Shown: positions 36,672 through 49,139 of the stretch, piece by piece
Numbering within the stretch: the stretch's first letter is position 1
How the letters are laid out: each line of letters starts with the position of its first letter
From: the human T2T-CHM13v2.0 reference genome, Homo sapiens
Reading direction: 5' to 3' (one strand)
NCBI RefSeq assembly: GCF_009914755.1
Contig: NC_060947.1
Length of the DNA stretch: 64,000 nt
Program-made: the position numbers and the translations under genes
Notes under the pieces: generated by a model
Databases searched by the model: none
Told to the model about the DNA's origin: nothing
Seen by the model: only the letters and a program-made list of their open reading frames with translations

Positions 36672-37143
36672 GTTCATAGACCTAGAGCTCTGTGATCAAA
36701 GGAGAGGATAGGTCCCCTTGATGAAACACCCCGGAGCACTGCCATAAATATATACTGTAAACCTTATCCCAAACCTTCTCCAAAGGGACCTATAGCCATT
36801 TACCGTGGTGACAGCATAGGGAAAAGGAAATAGCCAGATCTTTTGGGGGATATTAGACACTAGCTCTGAATTGATGTTAATTTCTGAGAACCCACATTAT
36901 TACACTGGTTCACGAGCTTAAATGTGGGCTTATGGAGGTAAGATGATAGTGGAGTTTTGACCTATGTTTGTGACAAGTAAATCAGATTACCCACCCTATG
37001 GTTATTCCCCCAAGCTCTTGAATATATAATTGGAGTAGACACATTCAGACAGTGGCAGAATCTTCACATTTGCTCTCTGATCCATGAAATGAGAGTTATT
37101 ATTGTAGGAGGAGGCAAGTATAAGCCTCAAGAACTTCCCATTA

Positions 37144-37359
<216 letters not shown>

Positions 37360-37879
37360 TCAGAATCTATCGCTTCGGTGAAGTTTTCTTGGGATCCAAA
37401 GGACAGGAGCATTTTGATATATCTTCTCACATGCCTTACCTGGATATTGTTACTGTTGAGTGCCTAGCCTGCCAAGATAGGAGAGGAACACTTGGAGAGA
37501 GCAAGCCATCCACCTGGTGACAAGTTGACTGCGTAGGATAGCCTCTATTAAGGAGTAGTAAATGATTTTTCCTCACTGAAATAGACACTGGCTCTGAGTA
37601 TGGATTTACCATAATATTTCTGCTACCTTTATCATGTGTGGACTTGTGAAATGTCTTATGCACCATCATGATATTCTAATGACATTGATTCTTAATAAGA
37701 AACTCAATTCACAGCAAATGAAGCACAGAAATGGGCTTATACCATGGAATTCATTTGACTCACCATATACCAAATCACCCAAAGGCAGCTGGACTGACTG
37801 AACAATGGTTAGGCTGCTGAAGATCCAGTTGTGACATGAGTTGGGAGACAACTCCTAAATTTTGTAGGGTTTTGTTTTG

Positions 37880-38105
37880 TTGCATTATACTTGGCCAGAT
37901 TATTTGTGTAAAGTGCAGCAAAAATAATTATTTTTTACATAGGTGTTTTAAATTAGCTTTGATGGAACTTTGTTCCATAGAAGGATCCTCAAACAATACT
38001 TTTTTAAAGCTGAGCCCAGCCATGGATTTGTATTATCAAATACCTGTGAGTTGGGTAAACTCCTCTCCTCTTGAGGTCGCAAGATAACTTAGGGCTCCTG
38101 GGCCT
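37880..38105. mobile_element. Short ERV1 (MER4-group) internal fragment
   Basis: ggaactttgttccatagaagga...gagcccagccatgg...aatacctgtgagttgggtaaa...ggggctcctgggcct-like sequence, recalled from MER4-group internal consensus. Confidence 0.5.
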
Positions 38106-38109
38106 AAGT

Positions 38110-39101
38110 TATATATATATATTATATATGTACACTTTATATATATAATATATATAGTATATGTATAAAGTATATAAAGAGTTCTGGGGTACATGTGCAG
38201 AACATGCAGGTTTGTTACATAGGTATACATGTGCCATGGTGCTTTGCTGCACCCATCAACCCTTCATCTCCATTAGGTATTTCTCCTAATGCTCTCCCTT
38301 CCCCAGCTCCCCACCTCCCAACAGGCCCCAGCGTGTGATGCCCCCCTCCCATGTCCATGTGTTCTCATTGTTCAACTCCCACTTATGAGTGAGAACATGT
38401 TGTGTTTGGTTTTTTGTTTTTGTGTTAGTTTGCTGAGAATGATGGTTTCCAGCTTCATCCATCTCCCTGCAAAGGACATGAACTCATCCTTTTTTATGGC
38501 TGCATAGTATTCCATGGTGTGTATGTGCCACATTTTCTTTATCCAGTCTATCATTGATGGGCATTTGGGCTGCTTCCAAGTCTTTGCTATTGTGAACAGT
38601 GCCACAATAGACATACATGTGCATGTGTCTTTATAGTAGAATGATTTATATTCCATTGGGTATATACCCAGTAATGGGATTGCTGGGTCAAATGGTATTT
38701 CCAGTTCTAGATCCTTGAGGACTCTATTCATCTGACAAAGGGCTAAATATCCAGAATCTGCAAAGAACTTAAACAAATTTACATGAAAAAAACAAACAAC
38801 CCCATCAAAAAGTGGGCAAAGGATATGAACAGACCCTTCCCCAAAGAAGACATTTATGCAGCCAACAAACGTATGAAAAAAGCTCATTATCACTGGTCAT
38901 CAGAGAAATGCAAATCAAAACCATAATGAGATATCATCTCACACCAGATAGAATGGAGATCATTAAAAAGTCAGGAAACAACAGATGCTGGAGAGGATGT
39001 GGAGAAATAGGAACACTTTTACACTGTCGGTGGGACTGTAAACTAGTTCAACCATTGTGGAAATAGGTGTGGCGATTCCTCAGGGATCTAGAAGTAGAAA
39101 T
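38110..39101 (-). mobile_element. L1PA7/8-like insertion with twin-priming inversion and (TA)-rich tail
   Basis: Minus segment ~38176-38721 and plus segment ~38722-39101. The two segments overlap by ~25 nt (tcctca(a/g)ggatctagaa..gaaat). Confidence 0.85.
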
Positions 39102-40128
39102 CAAAGTGGAAGTGGCTCCATACCATGGAATTAATTTGACTTACCATATACCACATCACCCAGAAGCATCTGGACTGACTGAACAATGGATAGACTGCTG
39201 AAGATCCACTGTGACATGAGTTGGGAGAAAACACTTAAATTTTGCTTTTAAGAACCAAGAAATCAAAGTGGAAGTGGCTCCTCAATAACTCACTTAAAGA
39301 ATTTTGGTTCTTGTTCTGGTAAATTTGAGCACTGCTGGCTTACAGGTTTTACTTACCAGGGGAGGAATGCTTTAATCGGGGACACAATGATTCCATTGAA
39401 TTGGAAGTTGAGACTGCCACCCGCTATTAGCTATTTGGAAGTTCTTATGCCAGTGAACCAAGAATCAGGAAAGGCTACTCTACAGGCTGGAGTGATTGAT
39501 CCAGATCTCCAAAGAAATTAGATTGCTGTCCCACAGTGGGGTCAGAGAGGACTATGCTTGCACTTAGGAAATTCTCTGGGGAACCTCTTTGTATTTCTAT
39601 GCTGAATAGTGAAGGTTAATAGAAAACTACATTAAGCAGGAAATAGGCAAGATTTTTAAGGATTCAGACCATTCAGGAATAAAGCTGTGGGTCTCCCTAC
39701 CAGGTAACACAAAATGGGCTAAGGATATATGAATTAGTTGAAGAAGGATGTTTTAGATATTAACTACAACCCAAAACCATATGGTGTATATGTAGCAATG
39801 AGACAGTCTCTTCCTTGTTTTTATGTAGGTAGGTATGTATGTATGTATGTATGTATGTACGTATTATATATAAACTGTATGCATATATTGACTAATTTAT
39901 TTTTATTTCTCTTCTTTCCCCTTATTATTTTATATAAAATCATTTTTGGAAGTTAACTTTACAGTTTAGTGTTTATGTAAAAATTTTCAGATGGGACTGT
40001 AAGTGAATTTGAAGAGAAATCAACATAGTTCAGAGGCAAATACAGTAACTATTGTGACTTTGTCACTTCTCATTTTGGGGAGATTGTGAGAGTGTTTTTG
40101 TGTGAAGGATAGTGACAACTTATTAATT

Positions 40129-40472
40129 AAAATTAATAATATTGGGACATGGATGAAATTGGAAATCATCATTCTCAGTAAACTATCGCAAGAACAAAAA
40201 ACCAAACACCACATATTCTCACTCATAGGTGGGAAATGAACAATGAGAACACATGGACACAGGAAGGGGAACATCACACTCTGGGGACTGTTGTGGGGTG
40301 GGGGGAGGGGGGAGGGATAGCATTGGGAGATATACCTAATGCTAGATGACGAGTTAATGGGTGCAGCACACCAGCATGGCACATGTATACATATGTAACT
40401 AACCTGCACATTGTGCACATGTACCTTAAAACTTAAAGTATAATAATAATTAATAAAAAAATTAATAATATT
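40129..40472 (+). mobile_element. L1PA3-like 3' end
   Basis: gggagatatacctaatgctagatgacgagttaatggg diagnostics. 15-bp TSD aaaattaataatatt at 40129-40143 and 40458-40472, at a TT/AAAA site. Confidence 0.9.
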
Positions 40473-40562
40473 AAAATACAAAGAGTTATTTTTGTTGGTG
40501 TATAGAAGTGAAGATACATGTAAAAGGATATATATGAATACTTAGTATCCAAATTGGTATGC

Positions 40563-41144
40563 TGTACTGGTTATTAATAGTCTCTGAGACTCAGGCCACA
40601 CTGTGTGTTATGCTCTGTGATGTTGAGGCTCAGATTTTGTAAACCACATTTATGCTCTGCCTGCTACCTCCCTGGTAGTCTTTGCCTAAAGAAGGTGCTA
40701 GAGCAGTGTCAGTTCCTGCCAGTAGCAGCAGCTTAATCCAGTTTGCAGTTTCCCCAGCATTTCCAGAATTAGCCTTATTGCACTTCCTCAGATACTCCAC
40801 CACCAGTTGGCAGTACCCCCTCCCCAGAAGTGTTCCATTGGAAGACCCTCCTCAAGTGCACTCAGATGAGCATCATCAGGCCTGTGCTCCCTCCTAAGAA
40901 GTCTGCATTTCACATTTGCAAAGCCTTTCCTCCAAATTTCTGGGATTTAATAATTTCAAACTCTTCCCTTTGTTCCCCCCTAGGAGTGGTAGCTGCTTCC
41001 TGCTGTTACCATATCCATGGTAATTTATTGTTTTCTTTTTGCATTTTTATTTTTCCAATGCCTAGTTAACAATTCTTTATGTTAGTTTCCTCTGCTAAAA
41101 CAATTGGTGTGTTTTCTGTCTCCTGACTGGAACTTGATTGACAC
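40563..41144 (+). mobile_element. ERVL-class LTR (LTR33/41-like), possibly the 3' LTR of the ERVL internal region
   Basis: tgtactgg...gtgtgttttctgtctcctgactggaacttgattgacaca end motif, directly after the ERVL internal region. Confidence 0.55.
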
Positions 41145-41430
41145 AAGCAATTTACAGGCACACCAGCAGTGTAAAAGCATGTCCTTTGTTCCACAGTCCT
41201 TACAACAGAAGGAAGTGTTAGTAATTCTCAGGGTTGTTTTTTTTTTTTTTAATTTAGCCATTTTCATGGGTGTGTAAGGTAACCCCATTGGGTTTTAATT
41301 TAAAATTTCCAGAATATTTATAAAGTCAAGAAACTTTTTTATTTTTAATGGAGTGTCTGAGTTTCTTATTGGGTTGCCTTTTTTTCTCAAGTGGGTATCC
41401 CAGCCAGCACCACTTATTGAAAAGATCACC

Positions 41431-41548
41431 CAGCTGGGCGTAGTAGCTCATGCTTGTGATCCTAACATGTTGGGAAGCCGAGGCGGGAGGATTGCTTGAG
41501 CCCAGATGTTCAAGACCAGCCTGGGCAACATGGCGAGCCCCTGCCTCC

Positions 41549-41582
<34 letters not shown>
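41431..41582 (+). mobile_element. FLAM/AluJ monomer with (TA)n tail
   Basis: gctgggcgtagtagctcatgcttgt...ggaggattgcttgagccc...cctgggcaacatggcgag, then (TA)n. Confidence 0.8.
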
Positions 41583-41585
<3 letters not shown>

Positions 41586-41954
41586 AAGTTTTAAAAAAGA
41601 GGAAAGAAAATGTCACCCTTTCTGTACTGCTCTGCAGTGCCACCTTTGTAATAAATCCAGTATCCATATGTGTATGGGCCTGTTTCTGAACTCTCCATCC
41701 TATTCTAATGGATTTTTTTGGTCTATTCTTGCACTATACATCAAGTCCTAATTAAACTAGCTTCACCATCTTTCCTGCTATTCTGTATTACATCTTCTTC
41801 TTCAAGGATGATTTGGCCATGTGCATTTCTACATTAAAGAATCAGCTTGTCAAGTCGCAAAATAAATCTGTGGAAATTTTGGTTGTGACTAAACCTGTAG
41901 AACAATTTGGGGAGAACATCTTTGTCATATTATGTCTTTAAGCCCATCAATACG

Positions 41955-42390
41955 ATAGTGCTAGATATCTTCTCATCCAGACCCATCATCCTTTTTCACC
42001 CTACCCTATGTTCCAGGAATATGGACTACATTAATGAAATCCCTTGCCATATGGCTTCTGGTTAGATTTGGCCAGAACCCCAGAAGGAAATCAGAATGAG
42101 AGAGGAGGGTGAGGTCAGAGTATTTATTTCTCTGGGTCTCTCCTTGAAAGATTGTCTTGGGTTGGCCTCAACTGAAGCTCACTGCTTATTTCAAAGCATC
42201 TATCTCTACAGGACTCACTCCTTTTGGGTTCTGACAACTGCTTCCTCCTTTTGTCCCTACTGGACTAAGCTTGGTAACTGCTACTCCACTGCTATTATCC
42301 CTAGGTCCTATATTACCCTTTGCGTTTCCTCTACAATATATCCATACATTTATAAATACTTACTTTGAAAACAAACCCTCCAGAATTATT
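41955..42390 (+). mobile_element. LTR33-like fragment
   Basis: agagaggagggtgaggtcagagtatttatttc motif typical of LTR33. Confidence 0.55.
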
Positions 42391-43311
42391 CTAATTTTAA
42401 CAACAGCTTTATTAAAACATAATTGATATACAAAGAACTGCACATATTTAATATGTATAATTTGATGTTTGAGTATATACAAATATCCATAATGCCATCA
42501 CCACAATCAATGTAATAAATGCATCAAACACTTTCAGTTTCCTTGTGTCCCTTTGGGTTTTTTGGTTTGTTTGTGGTAATAACACTTAACATGGGATCTA
42601 CCCTCTTAACAAATTTCGAAGTTGTAGTTAACAATCTCTGCTTCTGTGAGTTTGATTATTATAGATTTCTCATATAGGAGTATTTGTCCTTATGTGACTG
42701 GCTTTCTTCATTTAATATAATATCATCCAGGTTCAACCATGTTGTCACATATGGCAAGATTTTCTTCCTCTTTAAGGCTGAATAATATTCTGCTGTATGT
42801 ATACACCACATTTTATTTATCCATTCATCTGGACATTTGAATTGTTTCCATATTTTGGCTATTATGAATACTGCTGCAATGAATGTGTGAGTGCAGATAT
42901 CTTTTCAAGATCCTTATTTCAATTATTTTGGGTATATACTCAGAAGTGGGATTGCTGGATCACATGATAGTTTTATTTTTAAGTTTTTGAGGAAACTCTT
43001 TAGTGTTTTCTATAGCTGCTGCATAATTTCATTTTCCCACTAACAGTATACAAGGGTTCCAGTTACTTCATATCCTCACTAACATTTGTTATCTTTGGGT
43101 TTTTGATAATAGCCATCCTAATAAATATGAAGTGATATCTCATTGTAGTTTTGATTTGTATTTCACTGATAATTAATTATGTTGGGCATCTTTTCATTAT
43201 CTGTTGGCCATTTGTATGTCTTCTTTGGAGAAATGTCTGTTCAAGTCCTTTGCCCACTTTTTAATTGAGTTATTTGTTTTTCACTATCGAGTTGCAGGAG
43301 TTTCTTATATA

Positions 43312-43695
43312 CAGTTGACTTTCAGACAACACAGGAGTTGGGGCACCAACTCCCTGCACAGTTGAAAATCTACATGTAACTTTTGACTCTCCAAAAACTT
43401 AACCAGTAATAGCTCCCTGTTGACTGGAAGCCTTTTCAATAACAAAGAGTTGATTAACACTATGTTGTATGTTAATGTATTATATACTGTATTCTTACAA
43501 TAAAATAAGCTAGAGAAAAAGTGTTATTAAGAAAATCATAAGAAAGAGAAAATAAATGTATAGTACTTTACTGTATTTGTCAATACCATAAGTGTACATC
43601 ATCTATTTGCAAGATTAATTGTCTGTCTGAAATGGTGGGCAACCACAGCTGCAGACCTCAATCTATAGAAAATATCAAGCAACTCAACTTTTTTT
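43312..43695 (-). mobile_element. Tigger2-family fragment
   Basis: TA followed by CAGTTGAC TIR; reverse complement of the 2300-2466 end seen earlier in the window. Confidence 0.7.
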
Positions 43696-44603
43696 GATAG
43701 GGGTTGCATTAAATCTGTAGATTGCTTTGGGTAGTATGAACATATTAACAATACTGTTTTTTCCAATCTGTGAATATGGAATATCTTTCTATTTTTGTGT
43801 CCTCTTAAATTTCTTTCATCAGTGTTTTATAGTTTTCATGGTAAAGATCTTTAATTTCTTTGGTTAAGTTGATTCCTAGGTATTTCATTTTATTTGTAGC
43901 TATTGTAAATGGGATTACTTTCTTAATTTCTTTTTCAGATTTTTCACTGGGCATATAGAAATGGTACTGATTTTTGTATGTTGATATTGTATCCTGAAAC
44001 TTTACTGAATTTGTTTTCCAGTTATAATAGTTTTTTTAGTAAAGTCTTTAGGTTTTTCCAAGTTTAATATCGTATCATCTGCAAACAAGGATAATTTGAC
44101 TTCTTCCTTTCCATTTTTGATGCCTTTTATTTCTTTCTCTTGTCTGATTGCTCTAGCTAGGACTTGCAGTACTATATTGAATACCAGTAGTTAAAGTGGG
44201 CATGCTTGTGTTCCTGATTTTAGAGGAAAGGCTTTCAGTTTTACCCATTCAGTATGATACTAGCTGTGGGTATGTTGTATATGGCTTTTATTATGTTGAG
44301 ATATATTCCGTCTATACCCAATTTTTTGAGGATTTTAATTATGATGAAGTGTTGAATTTTATCAAGTGCTTTTTCAATATCAATTGAAATGACCATATGG
44401 TTTGGTCTTTCTGTTGATATGATGTACTGCATTAGTTGATTTGCCTATATTAAACCATCTTTGCATCCGTGTGATAAATCCCACTTGGTCATGATAAATT
44501 ATCTTTTTAATGTTTTATAGAATTTGGTTTTCTAGTATTTGGTTGAAAAATTTTGCATCAATATTCATTAGTGATATTGGCCTATAGTTTTCTTTTGTGA
44601 TGT

Positions 44604-45298
44604 TGTAACGCCAAAGATTCTTGCCTTAGCCACACCAAAGAATTGATGTGGCGGCAGCCCGCGGTGAGAGAGAGACACGGATCAGACTGAGAGAAAAAAG
44701 CTGTAGGCTTTATTGAGCAGAGTGGCAGTACAAAGCTTCCACAGCGTGGAAGGGGTCCTGGGCCGGTAGCCAGTGTTAGATTTTTTGATCACCCTTTAAA
44801 CCCTTTAAGGCGGGAAATACGTGCGGCGGGAAGATGTTACCAGAGCGAGAAACAAAGACAATTAACATGTATCAGATCTTGAGGAAAACCGGAATTGTAA
44901 CTTAAGGTTTATCTACTTTATGACCTTGCAGCGGCATGGCAAAGGAGACAGGATCTCACAGGATTTTACAAACTGTGTTTACAAGGAATCGGAATTGGGA
45001 GCATAGATAAGGTTTGCTGGTCACAGAAAAACGGGCTTTTAACATTCCTTTCAGTTTCAGGGGAGGGGGAAGGGAGAGAGGGAGCGAGGACACAGGGAAG
45101 CTTACAGCAAAAGTTTCGCTGTTTATAGCTTTCTTGGGGAAGAAAACACATGCACAAATTCTGATGTTAGGAATATTTTAAGCATATATCTTCAATATTA
45201 TTCATCCAGGACCAAAGTAAGTCCTGTTGCAGAAAATGAGTTTCATAGCTTTCTGAGCCCCTGCTAGACCCAGGAAGCCCAGCTGGCACCTCCTTTCA
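44604..45298 (-). mobile_element. ERV1 solo LTR (LTR30-like)
   Basis: TG...CA termini and 4-bp TSD ATGT (44600-44603, 45299-45302). Minus-strand start tgaaaggaggtgccagctgggcttcctggg, with AATAAA on the minus strand at ~44709. Confidence 0.85.
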
Positions 45299-48200
45299 AT
45301 GTCTTTGTCTGGTTTTGATATCAAGGTAATATGGCCTCAGAGAATAAGTTCCTCCTCCTCCATTATTTGGAATAGTTTGAGTTGTTATTGGTCTGTTCAG
45401 GTTTTGGATATCCTTATCACTCAATCTTAGTAGGTTGTATATGTCTAGAAATTTATCAATTTCTTCAAGATTTTCCAATTTATTGGCATATAGTTGCTCA
45501 TAGTAGCCACTAAAAATCCTTCAAACGTCTATCAGTTGTAATGTCTCCTTTTTATCCCTTATTTTATTTATTTGGGTCTTCTCTTTTTTTCTTAATTAGT
45601 CTGCCTAAAGGTTTGTGAATTTTGTTTATCTTTCCAAAAAACCATTTTTTGTTTCTTTTTTTATATTGTTTTCTTCATTTCAAATTTGTTTCTTTATCCT
45701 CACATTTTTATTATTTCTTTTCTTCTACTAATTTGGGGTATGGTTTACTCTTGCTTTTCTAGTTGTTTAAGATTGATTATTAGATTGTTTATTTGAAATT
45801 CTTCTTTTTTAATGTAGGCACTTATAGCTATAAACTTCCCACTTAGGACTGCTTTTACTGTATCTTATAGGTTTTAGTATGTTGTGTTTCCATTATCATT
45901 TGTTTCAAGAAATTTTTCAATTTCCTTCTTAATTTCTTCATTGACTCACTGGTCATTTAAGAGCATATTTTTAAATTTCCATGTATGTGTATAGTTTCCA
46001 AAATTCTTCTTGTTGTTGATATCTAGTTTTATTCCACTGTGGTCAGGGAAGATGCTTGGTATTATTTCAATTTTTTGCATCTTTTAAGATTTATTTTGTG
46101 ATCTAAGATATGGTTTATCTTTGATAATGTCCCATGTGCTGAGGAGAGGAATGTGTATTCTGCAGCTATTGGATGAAATGTTCTGTACAAATCTATTAGG
46201 TCCATTTGGTCTATAGTGCAGATTAAGTCTAATGTTTCTTTGTTGATTTTCTGTCTGGAAGATCTGTCCAATGCTGAAAGTTGTGTGTTGAAGTCTCCAG
46301 CTATTATTGTATTGGGATCTCTCTCTCTTTAGCTCTAAAATATTTTCTTTATATATCTGGGTGCTCCAGTATTGGGTGCATATGTATTTACAATCATTAT
46401 ATCCTCTCACTGAATTGACCCCTTTATCATTATATAGTGACCTTCCTTGTCTCTTCATATAGTTTTTGTCTTGAAATCAATTTTGTCTGATGTAAGTGTA
46501 ACTACTCCTGCTCTTTTTTTGGCATGGAATGTTTTTCTATCCCTTTATTTTTAGTCTGTGTGTGTCTGTAAGTGAAGCGTGTTTCTTGTAGGCAGAATAT
46601 TATTGGGTGTTGTTTTTATTCATTCAGCTACTCTGTGTCTTTTGATTGGAGAGTTTAGTCCATCTACATTTACTGTTATTATTGATAAGTAAGGACTTAC
46701 TACTGCCATATTGTTATTTGTTTTCTAGTTGTTTTGTAGTCTTTTCTCTCGTCTTAACTTCCTTCCTTTCTTTCTTTTAGTGAAGGTGATTTTTTTTTCT
46801 GCTGGTATTATTTAATTTCTCACTTTTTAATGTGTCCATTGTATGGTTTTGTATTTGAGGTTACCATGAGGCTTGAAAATACTGTCTTATAATCCATTTT
46901 TTAAGCTAATAACAACTTAACATTGTTTGCATAAACAAAAAAGTGAAAGGAAAACTAATAAAAGCTCTACACTTTAACTTTATTCCCCTGCTTTTAAATT
47001 TTTTGTTGTTTCTATTTCTATCTTCTTCCTTTCTTCCTTATACCTTTAAAAGTTGTTGCAGTTATTATTTTCCATTGGTTCATCTTTTGATCTTTCTACT
47101 TAAGATAGGACTTGTTTACATACCACAGTTACAGTGTTGTAATATTTTGTGTTTTTTCTGTGTACTTACTATTACCAATGAGTTTTGAACCTTCCAATGA
47201 TTTCTTATTGTTCACTAACGTCCTTTTCTTTCTGCTTGAAGTACTCCCTTTAACATTTCTTGTCGGGCAAGTCTGGTGTGGATGAAATCCCTGAGCTTTT
47301 GTTTGTCTGGGAAAGTTATTATTTCTCTTTCAAGCTTGAATGATATTTTTGCCAGATATACTATTCTAGGGTGAAAATATTTTTTCCTTCTCACACAAAT
47401 GGAGTCTCTCTTTCTGTTCTGAGTCTTCTGGAGCTGGGGATGGCATCCCATGAGCACCCCAGTGGTTACCACCACAGAGACTACACTGCATCAGACCTGA
47501 AGCCAGCACAGCAATGGGTCTTGCCCAAGGCCTGCTGTAACCACTACCTACCTGGCTACTGTGTATGTTTGTTCAAGACCCTGGGGCTCCACAATCAGAA
47601 GATGGCAAAGCCAGCCAGCCCTGTGTTTTTCCTTTCAGGGCAGTGCGTTCCACCAGGCCCCAGGCAGGTCCCGAGGTACCATCCAGGAGCCAGGTATTGG
47701 CATCAAAGTCTGTCCAATTCTACCTGGTGTTCTATTGTACTGTGTCTGACCCCGCACTCAACCCATAAGTCACAATGCTTCCCACTCTTCCCTCTCCTTT
47801 CCATAGGCAGAGGAGCCTCACCTTATGGCCACCAGCACAGGCCCACAGGGAGTACTGCCAGGCTACTACTGATGTTCCCTTAAGGACCAAGGGCTCTTCA
47901 GTCAGCTTGTGGTGAGTGCTGTCTCACCTTAGATTCACCCTTCAGGAATGTGGGCTCCCCTCTGGCCCAGGGCAGGTCCAGAAATACATCCAAGAGCCAA
48001 GGCCTAGAATCAGGGACCCCAAGAGTCCACTTGGTGCTGTATCGTTCTGTGGCTGAACTGATACCTAAGGTGCAAGACAAGTCCCCTTTACTTTTCTCTC
48101 CACTTTTCTCAAGCAGAGGAATCACTTCCCGTAGCCACCACAGCTGAAAATGTGCTGAGTCTTACTTGAAGCCCACAAGTCTCAGAGTCTCACCCAATGC

Positions 48201-49139
48201 CCATATACTACCTAGGTATCTCTGCTGGTTATTCAGGACCCAAGGGCTCTTCAGTCATCAGGTGATGGATCCTGCCAGGACTGGGTCCTTCTCTTCAATG
48301 CAGCAAGTTCCCTTCTGTCCCAGCGTTTGTCTAGAAATGTCATCTGGGAGTTAGGGCCTCACAACTCTGACTGGTGCACTATCCTACTGTGGCTGAACTG
48401 GTATTCAAGATGCAAGACAACATCCTCTTTACTTTCCCTCTCTTCTTTTCAAGTAGATGAAAGGGGTCTCCTCTGGAGGCACAAACTGTACTGCCTCAGG
48501 TTACAAACACTCCTTTAGCTGCCGCAGCTGGTATCTCACTAGGCTGTGTGTCACCAAGTACAGTGTCTATGAGCCCATTTCAACACTAGGAGTCACCTAG
48601 GAGTTACAGTCCTTGTGGCCTAGGTGACCTTTCAGATTTATTTATGTTCCCCAGAGCACTTCAGCCCATGCTGGTGAGGCTTTCCAGTACTCAAGTTCTG
48701 ACTACTGGGATGGGTGATTCCTTTCTAGCTAGGCCTGGTTTAAGTACTCTCTCCATGGGCGAGCATCAGCTGAATTCAACCTAGTTTTGCTTTCTGCTGT
48801 GACAGGGCAGCACTGAGTTCAATGCAATGTCTCACAGTTGTTGCACTTTTCTTCTCCCAAATGCACAGATTCTCTCTCTGCACCACATGGCCACTGCCAG
48901 AGGGTTGGGGGAAGGGTGGTATCAGTGACTCAAGACTGTCTTTCCTATTCTCTTTAGTGCCTCTTTCAGTGATTTGAAGTTAAAGGCAAGTACTCTGAGT
49001 GCTCACCTGATTTTTGGTTCTTATGAAGGTGCTTCTTTGTGTGCAGGTAATTGTTAAATTGGTGTCCTTGTGGAGGGGATGATTAGTGGGGCCTTCTGTT
49101 TAGCCATCTTGTCCCTCCCCTCTCCAGATTCACTCTTCT

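Larger units (their letters stand above)
42395..49125 (-). mobile_element. L1MA/L1M2 element(s) including a 5' UTR with ~350-bp internal repeats, interrupted by Tigger2 and a solo LTR
   Basis: L1MA 3' end at 42395, ORF2 and ORF1 remnants (e.g. ORF 47215-47475), 5' UTR 47390-49125 with recurring aagggctcttcagtca (47889, 48242), and agccatcttg start motif at ~49102. Confidence 0.75.
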
